A DNA stretch of 64,000 nucleotides from Bigelowiella natans CCMP2755 (taxonomy: Eukaryota > Protista > Cercozoa): positions 124,001 through 188,000 of the forward strand of contig ADNK01000542.1 in the NCBI GenBank assembly GCA_000320545.1. The letters are read 5' to 3'. Positions within the stretch are counted from its first letter, which is position 1, and each line of letters starts with the position of its first letter. The notes beneath the pieces are model-generated. The model saw only the letters and a program-made list of their open reading frames with translations. It searched no databases and was not told the origin of the DNA. Made by a program: the position numbers and the translations under genes. Shown here in pieces: positions 59,304-64,000 of this stretch.

Positions 59304-60643
59304 TTAGCCTTCTAGTGAAACAAAGCCAATTTCACTGCTTTCATCACAAGTACGAGCCTAAAAAGCCAACCATCAGCTCACATCTAAATGTATGTGGACA
59401 ATGATTACTTCCCATCTCTTGAATTTCCTTGACATCTTCGAGATTTTGTACTGGATCTTAAAGTTGGTGTGTCGGTCTATAAATATTTAAAAGTTAAAAT
59501 GTAAGGAATTATGAATTGCTCCTTGGGTTCATATTTAAGATAGGTTAAAGCCAGATTTCTGTCAAATTGTTCCAATCAGTGTGTTTTTGTTTAGGAGAAC
59601 CAACTATCTTTTTGTATCTTTTCCACCAACGGAACGATCACTTCTTCTGGACCCTCAAGCACTTGTCGAACCCTTTCAGATATGCATGTTGTCAACCAGA
59701 GGTGATAAATTCTCCTATTAACAAATTACACTCCAGTTTTGAGGAAAAGCCACATCATTCCGCCAATGGTTAGCAATTCATTTCTCGCACGTGCAAATGA
59801 AAGAATTGGCTCAACGTCTTCTGATTTCTTTAGCTTAGATGTGTACTCAATCTGCTAACATTAAAACAAACACCACCACTACGTTGATTGTCAAATTTTG
59901 TCAATGGGTTTTATTCGAGTTGTGGTTGAGCATGCCTGAAGAATCTGGGGAGATGATGCACAAGTTTTCTTCAAATCAAGCTCAGAAGTGACGACGAGAG
60001 TCATGACTCCCCACCTTTAGAAATGAGGGGTGTAGAGGGTAGGGGAAATTTTGGAGTTGACACCAGAATCAACTTCATTATTTTGGTTGTTGCTTATTAC
60101 TTTTGAAATGAGCGCTGATCCACAAACTTTCTTTCTTCAACTACGATATCTGTGTGTCTATTGTCAAGACGAATTTTCTCGAATAAAACTAATACGTCTT
60201 TATATTTCCCCTCTAGAGTCTGCTTTACCTAATATAATATAAGGTACGGGAATAGTGTGTACAGTGAAGGTATTTACATGATGAAATATGTAGTACCCTT
60301 TTTTGTTGCAGCTCAACCCAAAGCATACCCCCAATCTGGAATTTCCGGATTATTCCTCTGTGCTTGAGAGATTATCTTATTTATCTCATCCGATGCGATT
60401 TGTTTCATTCTTAGGTTTTAGAGGAAAGTGGTCAGTGGTTCATCATCTATACATCAAATGACCACCAAGTGACATGGATAATTGTACCTTGACGTGTAGG
60501 TCAGCCTGAAAAGCTTTTGATCCACATTATTGTCTTCTTGTCCTTGCATGTCTTGACAAAGGAGGAAAAGATGATTTAGACTTTCATTTATGATTACTAT
60601 CAAATTTCTCACCACCTGTCTGTGAAGAAAGGTGCATATCCAT
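59304..60643 (-). CDS. Tandem BLUF-domain (blue-light FAD sensor) protein, about 9 exons, with a 1-nt frameshift in BLUF1
   Basis: BLUF1: LFRLTYTSR..AQRNNP/KFQIGGMLW..VKQTLEG..LFEKIRLDNRHTDI..RSFQKW. BLUF2: LQIEYTSK..ARARNELLTIGGMMW..VRQVLEGP..KIQKDNRHTNF..RKFKRW. Signature Tyr, Asn, Gln-x-LEG, DxRH and Trp are present in both. Confidence 0.85.
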
Positions 60644-60862
60644 CAATCTAGTCGGAGTCCTTGTTGCAACACTTCGGAAAGGAGAATGACTCCATTGTTC
60701 TGCTGCACCACTTCTCCTTGGTTCCTGCGAGTATCTGTGTTCGTCCTCCTCCGAATTGCAGAAAATGAAGAAATGCAGGCTATTTCTTTACTTGAGACAT
60801 CATTTTTATTATCAATTTGTTTTCAGCCGATATCTTTTCCGTGTGGCTGTGGCAGTTAATAG

Positions 60863-60948
60863 CATGTCGCAGGATAAAAACGCATTGTTGGAAACATGTC
60901 GCAGGATAAAAACGCATTGTTGGAAACATGTCGCAGGATAAAAACGCA
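60863..60948. repeat. About 2.7 x 32-bp tandem repeat in the BLUF/CDK8 divergent promoter
   Basis: CATGTCGCAGGATAAAAACGCATTGTTGGAAA at 60863, 60895 and 60927 (partial). Confidence 0.9.
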
Positions 60949-61020
60949 TCGTAGTAGAACCGAGAACGCACTAGCCCCGCCCCGCTTAAGGGCCGTCCGT
61001 TAACAGGTGGCATAGCAGCG

Positions 61021-62499
61021 ATGAGTACAGCTATTGACCCAAAGCATCAGGTCTCAAGGGAATTACTCGAATCCTTTTCGCTTCAAGGGATAATTGGTAA
61101 TGTAGTCGCATCGTCGTTTCATACACGTACAACTACATTTGTTCGGTAGAGAGCATGCGACTGGAACCCTCGATGATGCGGTCAATCGACTCTACCTTCA
61201 AACCACATAATGAAATTTATTGGTTCAGGTGAAGGAGCATACGGTGTAGTGTATAAGGGAGAATGCAAAAAGACCAAAGAAGTTGTTGCAATCAAATCGA
61301 TGAAGCCTCCACGAGAAGGTTGTCTCATCTCTTTACTTCTTTACTACTACGATGGTGCTAAATGGTGCTACTAACTACTGCTACTAATCCTAGAATTGTT
61401 ATCAATTTCTTGTTTTATTTCTTGCTGTTGCAAAAAGGTTTTGGGATTCCGATGGATGCCTACAGGGAGATTAAAATACTGAAAGAGCTCCAACACAAAA
61501 ACATAGTACGCCTCATAAGGTCATTCATTCTTTACTATTTGGTCGAACAAAATACTGAAAGAGCTCCAACACAAAAACATAGTACGCCTCATAAGGTCAC
61601 TCATTCTTCACTATTTGGTCGAACAACAGAAACTTAGCTTACCTCACAGTTGTCAACGATATTAGTCACTAGATGCTCGATCAAACAATGGTATTTAGTG
61701 ATATTTTTTTGATATAGAGCTATCATGGGGGCTGATGATACTACTACTACAACTACTACCGGAAAATCTGAAAGTAGTGTTGGAAAAGCGAGAACCGGCT
61801 TGAATCTCACCGTAGCCTTGGTTTACAGCTACGCAGAGCACGACTTATCGCAAATTATTCGGCACCAACTGGTTTGAAAAGACTGCAGCATTTGAATCAA
61901 AACTACTTTTGATTTACTTTTGATTTCTTTTTTTTAAGAAAATTCATGTTGGTTATATTAGCAAGCCAAGCGGCCATTTCCAAAAAGGATGATTAAGAGT
62001 TTCATCTTTCAGGTAGGATGATAATATTTCTTTGGTGGTTTGAATTGCGCATTTCAGTACCAAATTATCTTTCATCAGTTACAACTACTCCTAACTTAAA
62101 ATTATAAATTTGCTCCTCTTATTCTTCATTTTGTTGTTGTTTATTTAGATTTTGAAAGGGCTCGACTATCTTCACCAAAATTGGGTCATGCATCGAGGTA
62201 CTAGTAGTAGTAGTAGTAGTAGTAGTAGTAGCAGTAGTCATGCTTCGAGGTACTAGTAGTAGTAGTAGTAGTAGTAATAGTAGTAGTAGTGCGTGCATGA
62301 GTTGGTTAGGTAGTTAATTAGTTCTGCTGCTAACATTTTCTTGTCCTGTAATTGATGATGATACACGTTCTCATCATTCTCACATCTTTATAATAAATAA
62401 ATAAATTAGATATAAAACCCGCCAATATTCTGGTGATGGGTCAAAGACGGGAAGAGGGTTGTGTCAAGATAGCAGATTTTGGTCTCGCGCGGATTTTCC

Positions 62500-62542
<43 letters not shown>

Positions 62543-62736
62543 ATTATTCAGCATTATTTTTATCATGACGGTCACTAATAAAATGATAGAAATTAGGCGA
62601 TGAGTTGAAGAAGGTGAAATAATAAAATATTAATAACTTGGGTAATGGACAAATAGGCGCCGTTGCGAAAGCTTTCCTATGATGGAGACGTAGTAACAAT
62701 CTGGTACAGGGCGCCTGAGCTATTGCTTGGATCGCA

Positions 62737-62771
<35 letters not shown>

Positions 62772-63092
62772 TAAAATACCGGCCTTTTATTTTCAAAATA
62801 TTGTGATCTACACTAAGTCGCTACTTGTTCGTTGCTATAGCATACTCTCTATAGCATGCTTTCTTGCCGTTTTCGAACAAACCTTGCATAGCCATGACAC
62901 TCACCATTATCGTCATCATTATTTTGAGCAAGTAATATCATCAAGCATAAGATCAACATAATCTGGGTAGTAGTACTGGCCATCATCATCATCATCATCA
63001 TTATCATCATCATCATCATCAGGCACTATACCCCCGTCATTGATATCTGGTCTGTTGGCTGCATTATGGGGGAATTAATGAAGGTAAGCTAG

Positions 63093-63123
<31 letters not shown>

Positions 63124-64000
63124 AATACTCATTAGAAACAATTTTAATAAACCGAAAATTAGTGTGCGCGTGTGCGTGAATTTGCATGAAAACACTACTC
63201 TTGAAAGTGTTATTTAATCATCCACCTTAATAGTATTTTCTTTTATCTCGTTTTGTAGAGGCAGCCCCTCTTTGCTGGAGACGATAAAAAGAAAACCAAA
63301 AACAAACCCAACTTCTACTATGACCAGGTAGTCACTTCTTTTGCTTTGAATAAAGTATGATTAACAGTAATGATTAATTAGTGTTGCTGCTATGAATATA
63401 GTATATCATTAACAGCAGCTAGCACATCTTAGTAATTTTGGTGGTTTCAACTCTAACAACTAGCCAATATTTTATTCTCTGTCTGTTGTCATCCGTCATC
63501 ATTTTGCGTTGGTTTGCTGCTTTGGTGTGATCTTGTTTAGATGGACAAAATTACAAGTGTATTAGGCCCTGTTACTACGAATCGTTGGCCAAATGTCACG
63601 CAGGTATTCTAGTGGTAGTGGTAGTGGTAGTAGTAGTAGGAGGAGGAGGAGGAGCACTAGCTCTTGCAACGCCAACTACTACTCATTCCGAAAGAACGAA
63701 TGAGCTCAACTCATCAATTCTCTAACAATAAGTAGTAGCTCATAATATTCGTTTTGCAGATTGTTCAGTAGTCTCACAACTACTTAGTATAATCTCCTTC
63801 CTTGTCTCCTTTTTTCTTTTGATATTACAAAACAGTGTGCTCACTATAGTCATCTGAAAGATAGGCAGCCATCCTTATCTTCTTCCTCTGAGACCAACAA
63901 CAACAACAATAACAACGGCAGCAAACTAGACCGAATAGTAACTACTTTCAATAATAACTGCTATTTCTATTATATTTGATAGTGTTATTGCAAACAGTTT
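61021..64000 (+). CDS. CDK8: Cyclin-dependent kinase 8 / CDKE (3' partial)
   Basis: [36 protein letters not shown]|[28 protein letters not shown]|[32 protein letters not shown]. Confidence 0.92.

Overview
Gene-dense, intron-rich eukaryotic nuclear DNA using the standard code, with GT-AG introns often filled by microsatellites. Two genes begin with signal-plus-transit-like leaders, which suggests an alga with a secondary plastid (chlorarachniophyte-like; inference only). I reconstructed about 19 genes by hand across introns. In order: a partial gene, a METTL21/family-16 methyltransferase, a Cys-rich 2-TM membrane protein, a kinesin-ankyrin-SEL1 fusion, RanGAP, a TPR-like protein, a JMJD5-like JmjC protein, a divergent SET-domain protein, a DnaJ protein, two hypotheticals, PAP/fibrillin, histidinol-phosphate aminotransferase, RabGGTase alpha, a hypothetical, a UDG-fold plus ADP-ribosyltransferase fusion, a coiled-coil hypothetical, a tandem-BLUF protein that the ORF track misses, and CDK8 (partial). 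Main findings: (1) a 9-exon gene fusing a uracil-DNA-glycosylase fold lacking the catalytic Asp to an intact R-S-E ADP-ribosyltransferase, a possible DNA-sensor/toxin immune module; (2) an effector-less double-BLUF photoreceptor candidate with a 1-nt frameshift, head-to-head with CDK8; (3) almost strict strand alternation, where all 8 tail-to-tail spacers carry palindrome-rich (CTAG/TGCA/CATG) DNA and four of them share a repeat family; (4) repeated tandem duplications across splice sites. Exon boundaries are hand-derived and unverified.
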